Assembly: GCA_965223505.1 (NCBI GenBank)
Contig: CBDCWP010000041.1
Span: forward strand, 1-64,000
Origin: Planctomycetota bacterium
GTDB taxonomy: Bacteria; Planctomycetota; PLA2; JAEUHO01
Direction of reading: 5' to 3'
Length of the DNA stretch: 64,000 nucleotides
The position numbers and the translations under genes are program-made. Under the pieces are notes generated by a model. It did not search any database and had not been told where the DNA came from. It worked only from the letters and a program-made list of their open reading frames with translations. Positions 17,556 through 27,852 of this stretch are shown here, one piece after another. Within the stretch, counting starts at the first letter, position 1; each line of letters starts with the position of its first letter.

Positions 17556-19825
17556 TTCGCGACGGTCTCCAGGCCCTTGGCCACCGCGATCGACGCGAGA
17601 TTGACCAGCATCGCCGGACTCGCCGCCTGATAGCTCACGACGACGGGCTTTTGCATGCCGATCAGGATCGGCCCGACCGCCTCCGCACCCGCAAGCTGTT
17701 CGACCAGCTTGTAGCCGATGTTGCCGCTCGCCAGATCGGGGAAGATCAACACGTTCGCATCGCCGTCGATCAGGCTGTGCGGATGGAGCCGCTTGCCGGA
17801 CCCGCGGTCCAGCGCGACGTCCACGTGCATCTCGCCGTCGATGATGATGTCAGGCCGCTTGGCCCGGACCATGTTCACCGCCTCGACGCTCTTGCGCGCC
17901 GTGGCATGGTCCACACTACCGAAGTTACTGAACGACAGCATCGCGACGCGGGGCTCTAGATCGAACGCGCGCGCGGCGTCTGCCGCGCTGATCGCGATGT
18001 CCGCAAGCTCCGATGCCGTCGGGTCCACGTTCAGCGACGTGTCCGCGAACAAGAGCGTGCGGTCCTTCATGAGCATCAGGTGCAACGCCGCGGACTTCAC
18101 ACCCTCCTTGGTGCCGATGATCTGGAACGCGTCGGTGGCGCACTCCGGATACGTGCGGTTGACGCCGGTCACGGTGCAGTCCACGTCGCCGTTGCGCTGC
18201 ATGAGCAGCGCGTACCTGCGCGGGTTGCCCACCATCATCTGCGCGTCGCGCATGTTGACCCCGCGGCGCTGTCGGAGGTCGTAGTAGAGCTTGGCCAGAT
18301 CGGCGCGGCGTGCATCCGAACGCGGGTCGACGATCTCGATGTCGCCGAGGTCGACGCCGGTCTCCTCCGCCTGTTCACGGATCCGCTGCTCGAAGCCGAC
18401 GAGCACCGGCGTGCCGAGCCCGCGGGCCTGGAGGCTCGCGGCGGCTCGCAGCGCGCGCGGCTCCTCGCCCTCGGCGAACGCCACACGCGCCTCGGCGCGC
18501 TTGGCGCGGTCCTCGACGGCCGCCATGACGGCCCGCGTGGAGCCCAGATAGCGCTCCAGCGACCGCGTGTACGCCTCGATGTCGAAGTCCTTCATGGCGG
18601 ACGTGCCGTCGTCGATCGCCGCCTGCGCAACGGCGGGCGCAACCCACAGCAACACGCGGTGGTCGAAGGGCTTCGGAATCAGGTACGTGGGGCCGAAGCG
18701 CAGGTCCTTGCCGCCGTACGCCTCGCGCACGCTGTCCGGCACGTCTTCCTTCGCGAGCTTCGCAAGCGCGACCGCGCAGGCCCGCTTCATCGCGGGGCTG
18801 ATGCCGCGAGCGCGAACGTCCAGCGCGCCGCGGAAGATGAACGGGAAGCACAGGACGTTGTTCACCTGGTTCGGGTAGTCCGAACGACCCGTCGCCATGA
18901 TGACGTCGTCGCGCGCGGCGACGGCGTCCGGGTAGGTGATCTCCGGATCCGGGTTCGCCATCGCCATGACGATCGGACGCGGCGCCATCGAGCGCACCAT
19001 GTCCTGCGAGACGACGCCCGGGCCCGACACGCCGAGGAAGAGGTCCGCCCCCGCCATCGCGTCTTCGAGCGTGCGGTGCGGCGTGTCGACGGCGATCTTC
19101 TCCTTCTCGGAGTTCATGCCCTCGGTGCGGCCCTTGTAGACGATGCCGCGGCTGTCCGCGAAGACGACCTTCGAGCGGTCGGCGCCCATCTCGACGAACA
19201 TGTCGATGCAGGCGATGCCGGCCGCGCCGGCGCCGGAGACGACGATCGTCAGGTCTTCGATCTTCTTGTCGGCGATCTCACAGGCGTTGATCAGCGCGGC
19301 GGAAGCGATGATGGCCGTCCCGTGCTGGTCGTCGTGGAAGACGGGGATGTCGAGCATCTCCTTGAGCCGGCTCTCGACCTCGAAGCACTCGGGCGCCTTG
19401 ATGTCCTCGAGGTTGATCCCACCGAAGGTCGGCGCGATCCGCGCGACGGTCTCCACGAGCTGGTCCACGTCCTTGCAGTCGACCTCGATGTCGAAGACGT
19501 CGATGCCGGCGAACTTCTTGAAGAGGACGCCCTTGCCCTCCATGACCGGCTTGCCGGCGAGCGCGCCGATGTCGCCCAGGCCGAGCACGGCCGTGCCGTT
19601 GGTGATCACGGCCACGAGATTGCCGCGATTGGTCCACTTGTAGGCGCCGTCCGCGTCCTCCTCGATCTTGAGGCAGGGAATGGCCACGCCGGGCGTATAG
19701 GCGAGCGAGAGGTCGTGCTGGGTGTTGACGGCCTTGCTGGGAACGACCTCGAGCTTCCCGGGCTTCGGGTGCTCGTGGTACGCCAGGGTTTCGCGCTCGA
19801 GCGACGACTGTCCTTCGGTGGACAT
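17552..19825 (-). CDS. maeB: NADP-dependent malic enzyme MaeB (malic enzyme + phosphotransacetylase-like domain)
   Basis: [62 protein letters not shown]-terminal PTA domain ([18 protein letters not shown]). Confidence 0.96.
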   Translation of the reverse strand: MSTEGQSSLERETLAYHEHPKPGKLEVVPSKAVNTQHDLSLAYTPGVAIPCLKIEEDADGAYKWTNRGNLVAVITNGTAVLGLGDIGALAGKPVMEGKGVLFKKFAGIDVFDIEVDCKDVDQLVETVARIAPTFGGINLEDIKAPECFEVESRLKEMLDIPVFHDDQHGTAIIASAALINACEIADKKIEDLTIVVSGAGAAGIACIDMFVEMGADRSKVVFADSRGIVYKGRTEGMNSEKEKIAVDTPHRTLEDAMAGADLFLGVSGPGVVSQDMVRSMAPRPIVMAMANPDPEITYPDAVAARDDVIMATGRSDYPNQVNNVLCFPFIFRGALDVRARGISPAMKRACAVALAKLAKEDVPDSVREAYGGKDLRFGPTYLIPKPFDHRVLLWVAPAVAQAAIDDGTSAMKDFDIEAYTRSLERYLGSTRAVMAAVEDRAKRAEARVAFAEGEEPRALRAAASLQARGLGTPVLVGFEQRIREQAEETGVDLGDIEIVDPRSDARRADLAKLYYDLRQRRGVNMRDAQMMVGNPRRYALLMQRNGDVDCTVTGVNRTYPECATDAFQIIGTKEGVKSAALHLMLMKDRTLLFADTSLNVDPTASELADIAISAADAARAFDLEPRVAMLSFSNFGSVDHATARKSVEAVNMVRAKRPDIIIDGEMHVDVALDRGSGKRLHPHSLIDGDANVLIFPDLASGNIGYKLVEQLAGAEAVGPILIGMQKPVVVSYQAASPAMLVNLASIAVAKGLETVAK

Positions 19826-19956
19826 GACACCTCCTGAGTGGATGGAATGCCGCACACGCTACCCATGGGTCTAGCGGGGGCCGAACGTTGCCCGGAGGCT
19901 TTCCGGAAGACGGATCGACGCCTGTGCCGGCGGCCCGAAGTTGATACAAAGGGCCC

Positions 19957-20748
19957 GTGGAAATCGGCAAAAAGCTCAACGAAGACGCCGTCGGTGCGTG
20001 GTTTCGCGCGGAGACGGAGGACGGGCCCGGGACGCTTCGCAGGCTGCGTGAGGATCTGCAGGACAACGAAGGCGCGCGAGTCGTCTTCCTGGAAGAGGTG
20101 CGCCGCATCAAGCGGCTGTCGCATCCCTTCCTGATCCGCACACTTCGAACGAACGAACGCGACGCGCTTCCGTGGGCGCTGACCGAACCCATCGACAACG
20201 GCACGCTCGAAGAGTCCGTTGCGGCGTCCGGAGCTTGGAAGCCCGAGGCCGCGCTCGAGCTCGTCGGTCGGCTGATCGACCTGTTCGAGCTGCTCGAACA
20301 ACGCCGCCAGCTACACGTGTGTCCGGCGCCGTCGCGCATCGTCCGCGTCGGCGACGACTGGAAGCTCACCACCTTCCGCGAGATCCGGGCGTGGGACGAG
20401 CTCAAGGGACTGAAGGGCAAGCACGATCCGGCGCCCCTGTTCGCCCCGCCGGAGCGCGCCAAGGGGACGCCGCAACCCATGCGGCCCCAGCCGTTCCTGC
20501 CGTGGTACGCGGGCGCGCTGCTGCGCTTTCTCGTCGGCGGCGGCGCGGCACGCACGGACGACGGCGCGGTCGCCCCCATCCCTGAAGGCCTGCCGTGCGC
20601 CGGAGAGATTCGGGCCCTGACAGCGGCCGAGACCGCGCAGCGGCCGCAGGGCATCGCGGCGATTCGGCGCGCGCTGACGGCCGCCGACGGGCCGGCCGCG
20701 AAGCCGCTTCCGGCGGCGCCCATTCCGCGCCGGCGCCGCAAGCGCTGA
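19957..20748 (+). CDS. protein kinase-like protein with degenerate catalytic motifs (probable pseudokinase)
   Basis: [33 protein letters not shown] replaced by HVC and DFG by TTF. Confidence 0.65.
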   Translation: MEIGKKLNEDAVGAWFRAETEDGPGTLRRLREDLQDNEGARVVFLEEVRRIKRLSHPFLIRTLRTNERDALPWALTEPIDNGTLEESVAASGAWKPEAALELVGRLIDLFELLEQRRQLHVCPAPSRIVRVGDDWKLTTFREIRAWDELKGLKGKHDPAPLFAPPERAKGTPQPMRPQPFLPWYAGALLRFLVGGGAARTDDGAVAPIPEGLPCAGEIRALTAAETAQRPQGIAAIRRALTAADGPAAKPLPAAPIPRRRRKR

Positions 20749-20807
20749 CCCGATCCAATCTTGGCCCAATCGCGTGGACGGGACTACCTTCCGGCTCGGG
20801 AGGACAC

Positions 20808-21788
20808 ATGCCCACTGATCTGGCACACCGGTTTCTTCGCGTCGTCGAGTCCGCCGCGGTCGCTGCCGCACGCAGCGCCGGCAACGGCGACAGAAAGCAC
20901 AGCGATCACCTCGCCGTCGAAGCCATGCGCAAGGTCATGCACGGGGTTCCGATGCGCGGCAAGATCGTGATCGGCGAAGGCGAGCGCGACAAGGCGCCGA
21001 TGCTGTACATCGGCGAGGAGGTCGGGCACTGGCAGCAGAACCACCCGCGCGTGGACATCGCCGTCGACCCCCTCGAGGGCACGAACCTGTGCGCCTCCGG
21101 CGACTACGGGGCGATCGCCGTTCTCGCCGCCTCCGAGGAAGGTGGGCTGCTCAACGGCCCCGACTGCTACATGAACAAGCTGGTCGTCGGACCGCGCAGC
21201 AAGGGCCGCATCGACCTGCTGGCGCCTCCCGAGGAGAACCTGAAGAACATCGCCGACAGTCTCGACCGCGACGTCAAGGACCTGCTGGTCGTCGTGCTCG
21301 AGCGCTCGCGCCACGACGACCTGATTCGCGACATTCGCAAGGCCGGCGCGCGCATCCGTCTGATCACCGACGGCGACCTGTCGCCGGCCATCAGCGCGTG
21401 CGTCACCGGCACGGCCGTGCACGCGGTCATGGGCATCGGCGCCGCGCCCGAGGGCGTCATCTCCGCGGCGGCCGTACGCTGTCTCGGCGGCGAGATGCAA
21501 GGCCAGCTCGTCGAGGCGAAAGACGGCGACCGCAAACGCGCGGAGCAGATGGGCACGAGCTTCGACGAGGTCTACACCGAGAAGACACTCGCACCCGGCA
21601 AGAAGCTGCTGTTCGCCGCGACGGGCGTCACGGACGGCGAGCTGCTGCGCGGCGTCGCGTTCTGGGGAACGGGCTGGCGCACCCACAGTCTGGTAATGGG
21701 CCTGGATCGGCCGCGCCGGGTCCGTTTCGTCGACACAATCCACGTGAATAATGACGTCGAAGACGACGCCATCGAAATCCGGCTCTAG
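20808..21788 (+). CDS. glpX: class II fructose-1,6-bisphosphatase
   Basis: [60 protein letters not shown]. Confidence 0.96.
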   Translation: MPTDLAHRFLRVVESAAVAAARSAGNGDRKHSDHLAVEAMRKVMHGVPMRGKIVIGEGERDKAPMLYIGEEVGHWQQNHPRVDIAVDPLEGTNLCASGDYGAIAVLAASEEGGLLNGPDCYMNKLVVGPRSKGRIDLLAPPEENLKNIADSLDRDVKDLLVVVLERSRHDDLIRDIRKAGARIRLITDGDLSPAISACVTGTAVHAVMGIGAAPEGVISAAAVRCLGGEMQGQLVEAKDGDRKRAEQMGTSFDEVYTEKTLAPGKKLLFAATGVTDGELLRGVAFWGTGWRTHSLVMGLDRPRRVRFVDTIHVNNDVEDDAIEIRL

Positions 21789-21792
21789 CGCG

Positions 21793-22157
21793 GCGATCCT
21801 CTCGCTGCGCCGGGCCCCGGCTCGGAACCTCGTCCTCAACGTGCCGACGCACGCTTCCGGCGAGAACCCTCGCCGTGCCTCCGGCTCGCTTCGGTCTCGC
21901 CACGCTAGAGCCTGATTGCGGCCACGGCCTTGTGCACGTCCGCAGCCTGCGCCCGGCCCCGGCTCGCTTCGGTCTCGCCACGCTAGAGCCTGATTTGCGC
22001 CCACGGCAGTGTGCACGTCCGCGATTCTCTCGCTGCGCCGGGCCCCGGCTCGGAACCTCGTCCTCAACGTGCCGACGCACGCCTCCGGCTAGAACCCTCG
22101 CCGTGCCTCCGGCTCGCCTCGGTCTCGCCACGCTAGAGCCTGATTGCGGCCACGGCC
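21793..22157. repeat. intergenic composite direct repeat (about 135-bp unit x2 at 228-bp period, with an inner about 48-bp unit x3)
   Basis: GCGATYCTCTCGCTGCGCCGGGCCCCGGCTCGGAACCTCGTCCTCAACGTGCCGACGCACGC... at 21793 and 22021; CCGGCTCGCYTCGGTCTCGCCACGCTAGAGCCTGATT at about 21881, 21959 and 22109. Confidence 0.9.
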
Positions 22158-22183
22158 GGTCTCACCACACTACGGAGCGCGGA

Positions 22184-24064
22184 CTAGGGCCACTCTCCCA
22201 ACGTGACCTCGAACCGAAGCTCTTCGCCGTCGCGGATCACGGTCAACACGATCTTGTCGCCCGACCACTTGCCGCGCAGCTCGGGCGCGAGGTGCTGCGG
22301 ACCGCCCAGCTCGACGTCGCCGATCTTGATCAGCACGTCGCCGCCCTTGATCCCCGCCGTCGCCGCCGGACCGCCCTCGGCAACCGCGCGAATCCGAAGC
22401 GCTTTCTGCGGATCCCACTCGATGCCCACGCGCGGCTTGCCGAACGTACGCCCGGCCTTCATGTCCTCGAGCACCGGCTCGATCTGCGTCCACGGCACGA
22501 TGAACGCGATCCCCGAGTTGCGCCCGTGCTGCGGCGGGAACCAGATGTTCATCATCCCGATCAGCTTGCCGGAGAGGCTCACGGCCGCCCCGCCGCAGGT
22601 CGCGTCGGTGCCGCTGGCGTCGGTCTGCCACTGACCGGCCCACGGCTTCGTCTCGGTCTCGGCATGCTGCTTCGAGAGAATGCCGACGGCGAGCAACGGA
22701 TCGGGCAGCCGGTTCTTGCCGAACGGATTGCCGAGCGCGAGGACCATCTTGCCGGGCCGGTAGTAGTCGTTCGAGACCGGTTCGAGGATGCTGTACGCGT
22801 ACTGGCGGGTCGGTGCGCTCTCGGCACCGCCGGCAGCGCTCTTCTCGTCGAGCTGCGCCTGCAGCAACGCGATCCCGAGACCGTCGTGGCGCGCCAGGTA
22901 CCTCGCCTCCACCGCGCGCCCGTCCGGCATGAAGGCGGTGATCTTCTCGATCGCATTGAGGCCGGTGCTCAGTTTCAGCGCAGGCGGCGTGGGTTGCCCC
23001 TTCTTCAACTGCGGGGGCTGCACGAGTCCGGTCACGTTCGCGAGGTTGTAGAGGCTCGTGACGATGAGCCCGTCCTGAGAGACGAGCACGCCGCTGACCG
23101 GTCCGGTGTACCGCAGCACCTGCGTGAGACCGCGCGGCGACGGCACCGCCATCACGAACTTCTCCTTGCGATGGATCTCGAGGCTCACCGTGCCGGGATA
23201 GGCGCGCTGCGCCGTCTGGTGGAACACGGTCTCGAGAATCGCCGACTTGCGCGACCGCGGAGACGCCGTCGACGCGGCGAAGAGCTTCTCCGCCTCCGGC
23301 ACGCCGGCATAGAAGGCCTTCAGTCGCTCGACCGGCATCGCGCGGCCGAGGAACTGGTACGGCTGATTGCCGCCGTTTTCCGTAGGCAGCACGGCGTTGC
23401 TGATCGTGCCGACGAGCCGGCCCTCGATGTCGACGAGCGGGCCGCCGCGAACGCCCGGGTTGACGGCCGCGCTCGTATAGAGCTGCTCGTACTTGCCCTC
23501 GGTCTGCTTCTTGGCGGGAACGACGGACGAGATGACGCCGGCGGTCAGCGTCGGCGGCGCCTCTTCCGCCATGCCGAACGCGTTGCCCATGACGAGGGAG
23601 AAGCTCCCGACGCGCAGATCGTCGCTGTTCCCGAAACGCACGTAGTCGAATCCGCGCGAGGGCGCGTCCTCAATCTGGATCAGGCTCGTGTCGTAGTCGC
23701 GGCTGCGGGCGATGACTTTGCCGGTGAACGTCTGGAACCCCTTCCCCTTCAGGTTCGGTACGCGCACCTCGATCTGGTCGACGACGATCTGTGCCGGCTT
23801 CTTGTCGCGCCGGATCACGTACGCCCCCACGTCCCCGTCGGAGAGCACGAGCCCCTTGCGCGAGACGATCACGCCCGAAGCGGGCGTGAGCTGCAAGACC
23901 ATCTTCGGGTCGGACGGCTTGGCGAGGCAGACGACCGTCGCCGGGGCGACCTTGCGGATGGCCTTCTCGAACTCGTCCTCGACCGCCTTGATGTCGGCAT
24001 CGACCGGTGTCGCCAGAGCCGCGGCGAGCAACACGCAAATCGGACCGAGACGAAAGCGCCTCAA
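22184..24064 (-). CDS. secreted tandem trypsin-like (S1C) domain + PDZ protein, catalytic residues substituted
   Basis: Two S1C folds (SGVIVS..GLVLSDGDV / NPGVRGGPL; SGVLVS..GLIVTSLYN / DATCGGA) and a C-terminal PDZ; TTG start overlapping the upstream TGA. Confidence 0.8.
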   Translation of the reverse strand: MRRFRLGPICVLLAAALATPVDADIKAVEDEFEKAIRKVAPATVVCLAKPSDPKMVLQLTPASGVIVSRKGLVLSDGDVGAYVIRRDKKPAQIVVDQIEVRVPNLKGKGFQTFTGKVIARSRDYDTSLIQIEDAPSRGFDYVRFGNSDDLRVGSFSLVMGNAFGMAEEAPPTLTAGVISSVVPAKKQTEGKYEQLYTSAAVNPGVRGGPLVDIEGRLVGTISNAVLPTENGGNQPYQFLGRAMPVERLKAFYAGVPEAEKLFAASTASPRSRKSAILETVFHQTAQRAYPGTVSLEIHRKEKFVMAVPSPRGLTQVLRYTGPVSGVLVSQDGLIVTSLYNLANVTGLVQPPQLKKGQPTPPALKLSTGLNAIEKITAFMPDGRAVEARYLARHDGLGIALLQAQLDEKSAAGGAESAPTRQYAYSILEPVSNDYYRPGKMVLALGNPFGKNRLPDPLLAVGILSKQHAETETKPWAGQWQTDASGTDATCGGAAVSLSGKLIGMMNIWFPPQHGRNSGIAFIVPWTQIEPVLEDMKAGRTFGKPRVGIEWDPQKALRIRAVAEGGPAATAGIKGGDVLIKIGDVELGGPQHLAPELRGKWSGDKIVLTVIRDGEELRFEVTLGEWP

Positions 24065-25203
24065 CGCCGCGCTCCCAGGATGCCCGTCCACTTGACGCTG
24101 CTGCGTCCGCGCTTGCACGTGAGCGTGACCTTCGTTCCTGCCGACAGCTCCGACATGGTGCCGATGAGGTCGTTCGTGCTGTAGATCCGCTTCGAGCGCC
24201 CGCCCGCCGAGATGCGCGTGACGATGTCGCCGACCAGCGGTTTCTTCTTCGATCGATCCGCCGTGATCGGGCTGCGGCGTTCGATCTTCGTGATCTTGGC
24301 GCCGACGGCCTTGCCTCGCTTGTCCTTGGCCGTCTCCGTGACGAGGCCGAGGTAACCGGCCATGACGTCGTCGTCGCTGGTCAGCTGCTTCAGGTACTTC
24401 GCAACCTGATGGATCGGCAGAGAGAACGACGCGCCGGTGTTGGACGGTCCTTCGCCCGGCAATCGCATGCCCATCGCGATCTTCCCGTTGATGCCGACGA
24501 GCTGGCCCTTGAGGTTCCAAAGCGGCCCGCCGCTGTTGCCCGGGTTGACCTCGGCGTCGTGCTGGATCGCGCCGGCGTACTGGAACCTGCCACCGAGGAA
24601 GCGGTCGGTCCCGGAAACCACACCGAGGGTCGTCACGGGAGAGCCGTCCATGGCGAGATGAAAGGGGTTCCCGGTCGCGATGACCCACGTGCCTTCGCGC
24701 AAGCGCGACTTGTCTTCGCTCACGCTGGCCTTGATCGTGACGCCCTTGTAGCCGCGGACCTTTTCCTTGAAGCGGAGCAGCGAGATGTCGTAGCGCTCGA
24801 CGTTGTCCTGGACCTCGACGGGGTGCTTCCTGCCGTCGTGGGTGATCACGTCGATCTGCGCGGCGCGGTCGATGACGTGGACGTTCGTCACGACCCACAG
24901 CTTGCTGCCCGACGTGACGAGCACGCCGGATCCGACGCCGGCCGGCCGAATCTGCCCGCCGCGCTCCTGGAGATTGACGACGCTGACGGAGTGCTCGCGC
25001 ACGCGATCGACGGCCCGGACGAGGCCGTCCTCGATCTTGAGCGCAGCGTTCAGCGCTTTTTGATACGCCTCCTCGGCCGCGGAGACCGGATCGTCCTCGG
25101 CTGCGGCGGGAACCGCGCCTGCGGAGACGCCGAGCGCGACGGCGCCCAGAACGACGGCGCCGAGCGCGTTGCGCATGCGGTTTCGATCGACCCAACGGCT
25201 CAT
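24061..25203 (-). CDS. HtrA/DegP-like S1C serine protease with PDZ
   Basis: GSGV, VTNVHV (His), YDISLL (Asp), NPGNSGGPL (Ser); signal peptide. Confidence 0.9.
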   Translation of the reverse strand: MSRWVDRNRMRNALGAVVLGAVALGVSAGAVPAAAEDDPVSAAEEAYQKALNAALKIEDGLVRAVDRVREHSVSVVNLQERGGQIRPAGVGSGVLVTSGSKLWVVTNVHVIDRAAQIDVITHDGRKHPVEVQDNVERYDISLLRFKEKVRGYKGVTIKASVSEDKSRLREGTWVIATGNPFHLAMDGSPVTTLGVVSGTDRFLGGRFQYAGAIQHDAEVNPGNSGGPLWNLKGQLVGINGKIAMGMRLPGEGPSNTGASFSLPIHQVAKYLKQLTSDDDVMAGYLGLVTETAKDKRGKAVGAKITKIERRSPITADRSKKKPLVGDIVTRISAGGRSKRIYSTNDLIGTMSELSAGTKVTLTCKRGRSSVKWTGILGARR

Positions 25204-25423
25204 GGTTTCAGGGTAGCCCTCTTTCAGGAGCGGTCCACGGACAAAGGCGCCCCTCCGACTGAAACCCCGAACACGGCCCTGATGGTGCGTCGGGCTTCAT
25301 TTGCCGAGCGCACGTCGCAGAAGGCGACGCGCGCCGACCTCGTCTTCGACGCCGGCAACGTCGGTTTCGAGCTACTCGATGTCGACGATGGAATCAGGTC
25401 GCCGCGACAAGTCGCGTCTCTGT

Positions 25424-25466
25424 CCAAACGAAAGAACCCCGCGCACCTGAGATGCGCGGGGCTCTG
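25424..25466 (-). terminator. intrinsic terminator after the tRNA pair
   Basis: Minus-strand hairpin AGAGCCCCGCGCATC-TCA-GGTGCGCGGGGTTCT followed by TTCGTTT. Confidence 0.75.
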
Positions 25467-25470
25467 CGAG

Positions 25471-25546
25471 TGGTGACCCCTACGGGAATCGAACCCGTGT
25501 TTCAGCCTTGAGAGGGCCGTGTCCTAGACCGCTAGACGAAGGGGCC
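25471..25546 (-). tRNA. tRNA-Glu(CTC)
   Basis: GGCCCCTTCGTCTAGCGGTCTAGGACACGGCCCTCTCAAGGCTGAAACACGGGTTCGATTCCCGTAGGGGTCACCA; cloverleaf with encoded CCA. Confidence 0.95.
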
Positions 25547-25554
25547 GTCGTAAC

Positions 25555-25630
25555 TGGCTGAGGAGGCAGGACTCGAACCTGCGACTTCCTGATCCAGAGT
25601 CAGGCGTTCTACCAGCTGAACTACTCCTCA
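25555..25630 (-). tRNA. tRNA-Gln(CTG)
   Basis: TGAGGAGTAGTTCAGCTGGTAGAACGCCTGACTCTGGATCAGGAAGTCGCAGGTTCGAGTCCTGCCTCCTCAGCCA. Confidence 0.95.
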
Positions 25631-25700
25631 CTGGTTTCGTTCCGAGGCGGGAATCCGCTCCGGAACGGGCCGATGGTAGGGACCTTCCCTGGCCGGTCAA

Positions 25701-27818
25701 TCAATCGTCGTCCAGCGTCGGCATCGGCTCGCCCTTCAGGACGCGCAGGCCGGCCGGGGCCAGGGCCACCAGGTGGACCATCCTGCGCCCTCCCGCCAGG
25801 CGATGCGGGGCCAGGCGCAGCAGGCCCGACTCGTGCGCCGTCCGCAGCCACCGCTCGGCGCCCTTCACGCCCAGGTGAGCGAGGGCCCCGTACGTGTCGC
25901 CGCGCGACAGCGGTCCGCGCGCAATCCCCTCGGCCTTCGACCCCGCCAGATGGCCGGCCAGCTTCCGGAACCCGAAGCGCTTGTCGTGCGCCTTGACGGC
26001 CTCCAACACCCGGCGAATGACCTTCTGCGCATGCGGGGAGCTCGCGGTCTCTTCGACCGGCCTCGACGTGCGCTCCCGGCACAGATCGCAGCGGCCGCAG
26101 CGCGGCTGATCCTCGACACCGAAGCAGTGCAGCAGATAGCGCGCGCGGCAGCCGCGGCTGTGCGCGTACCCGACCATCTCGTCGAGCTTGCGCTCTTCGT
26201 TGCGGCGCTTCTCCTCGAGGAATCCGAAGTCGATCGCGTCGAGGAGGTCGTCGGGCTCGCCCTGCTCCTTCAGCTCGGTCGCGCGGCCGCGGAACGGAGG
26301 TACGTACGCGATGCGCTCGAGCTCGTGCAGCTTGCGCAGGCCGCGTCGCACGGTCTCCTCGGTGACCCCGCGCTCGCGCGCGAGCTTGCCGGGGTCGAGC
26401 TTCGACGGCCGGTCGAGGCCGAACCGCTCGATGAGCGCGCCGAGAAGGCGCGAGAGTCCGGGCGGCAGCGGCGTGGCGCTGAACAGCTCCCCCGCCGTCG
26501 GCAGCACGGTCACCCGGGCGAGGTTCTCGCCGCGGCGTCCGCGCCGAACGACCGACGCGCGATCGAGAATGGCCAGCGCTGCGCTGACGGCGGGCGCCGG
26601 GCAGTCGATGTGCATGCGCGCGTGGATCTCGTCGGCGGTGAGCTCGAGGTGCGTCTCGCCGATGTCCTGGAGCACGCGGAAGACCTCGAGCACGACCTCG
26701 CGCGTCGGGTTGGCCGCGTCGAGGAAGAAACGTTGCACGTGCAGGTCGCCCGGGTTGAAGAGCAGCGTGCACTCGGCGGGCTCGCCGTCGCGTCCGGCCC
26801 GGCCGGTTTCCTGCACGTAGGCCTCGACGGTGCGCGGAATGTCGTAGTGGACGACGCGGCGGATGTCGGCGCGGTCCACGCCCATGCCGAACGCGTTCGT
26901 CGCGACCATGAGCGACGCCTTTCCCGTCAGGAACGCGTCCTGTCCGGACGAACGCTCCTCGTCGTCCAGACCCGCATGGTAGCGCAGCACGTCGATGCCT
27001 TCGATTCGGCAGCGCTCGTGGATGCGGTCCACCGACTTGCGCGTCGCGGCGTAGACCAGCGTCGCACCCGGACGACGCACGATGTCCATCAACGTGCGGT
27101 CCTTCGACTCGCGCGACTTGGTGCGAATCACGTCGAAGGCCAGGTTCGAACGCACGAGGCCCTGCAACAACAACACCGGATCGCGCAACGCGAGCTGCTT
27201 GACGACGTCCTTCTGCACCTCCGGCGGCGCGGTCGCGGTGAGTCCCAACGTGGGCGGATGGCCGAGGCCTTCGAGTACCGCGTTGAGCCGTCGGTAGTCC
27301 GGGCGGAAGTCGTGCCCCCACTGGCTGATGCAGTGCGCCTCGTCCACTGCGAACAGGGAGATGCGCATGCCGGTGACGCGTTCCCGGAAGCGACGGTTGC
27401 GGAAGCGCTCGGGCGCGACGAAGAGCAGCTTGAGCCCGCCCTTGAGCGCCTGGTCGAGGATCTGGTCCTGCTCGTGCGACGGGATGGTGCTGTTGATCGC
27501 GGCTGCCTTCACGCCCCGGCGAGTGAGCGAGTCGACCTGATCGCGCATGAGCGCGATGAGCGGGCTGACGACCAGCGTCACGCCGGGCAACAGCAGCGCG
27601 GGCAGCTGATAGCAGAGCGACTTGCCGGCCCCGGTGGGCATCACGCAGAGCGTGTCGCGCCCTTGAAGAACGGCGGCGACGACGGCCTCCTGGCCCTCGC
27701 GGAACGCGTCGAACCCGAACGTCTCCTTGAGGACGGCATAGGCCTCGGACGGAGCCTTGGCGTCTCCGTCGAGGACGGGATGCAGGTCGTCTGCGGGATC
27801 TTGCGCGCGCGAGATCAT
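25701..27818 (-). CDS. recQ: RecQ-family ATP-dependent DNA helicase
   Basis: MPTGAGKSLCYQLP, VDEAHCISQWGHDFRP, ATNAFGMGVD, QETGRAGRDG, Zn-binding CR..CGRCDLC, RQC domain. Confidence 0.93.
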   Translation of the reverse strand: MISRAQDPADDLHPVLDGDAKAPSEAYAVLKETFGFDAFREGQEAVVAAVLQGRDTLCVMPTGAGKSLCYQLPALLLPGVTLVVSPLIALMRDQVDSLTRRGVKAAAINSTIPSHEQDQILDQALKGGLKLLFVAPERFRNRRFRERVTGMRISLFAVDEAHCISQWGHDFRPDYRRLNAVLEGLGHPPTLGLTATAPPEVQKDVVKQLALRDPVLLLQGLVRSNLAFDVIRTKSRESKDRTLMDIVRRPGATLVYAATRKSVDRIHERCRIEGIDVLRYHAGLDDEERSSGQDAFLTGKASLMVATNAFGMGVDRADIRRVVHYDIPRTVEAYVQETGRAGRDGEPAECTLLFNPGDLHVQRFFLDAANPTREVVLEVFRVLQDIGETHLELTADEIHARMHIDCPAPAVSAALAILDRASVVRRGRRGENLARVTVLPTAGELFSATPLPPGLSRLLGALIERFGLDRPSKLDPGKLARERGVTEETVRRGLRKLHELERIAYVPPFRGRATELKEQGEPDDLLDAIDFGFLEEKRRNEERKLDEMVGYAHSRGCRARYLLHCFGVEDQPRCGRCDLCRERTSRPVEETASSPHAQKVIRRVLEAVKAHDKRFGFRKLAGHLAGSKAEGIARGPLSRGDTYGALAHLGVKGAERWLRTAHESGLLRLAPHRLAGGRRMVHLVALAPAGLRVLKGEPMPTLDDD

Positions 27819-27852
27819 GGTCGCGACAGGCTAGCGGCGCCCGCGGACGGCC

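Noticed and set aside
21793..22157. CRISPR array
   Set aside because: The units are long, the intervening sequence is itself repeated rather than unique spacers, and there are no cas genes.
25224..25427. Small ORFs between the HtrA gene and the tRNAs
   Set aside because: No RBS or recognisable motif; one minus frame looks weakly coding but is interrupted by TAG. Not supportable.
25471..25630. Suppressor or Sec tRNA that could read UGA
   Set aside because: The anticodons are CTC (Glu) and CTG (Gln), in normal 76-nt cloverleaves without a long variable arm.
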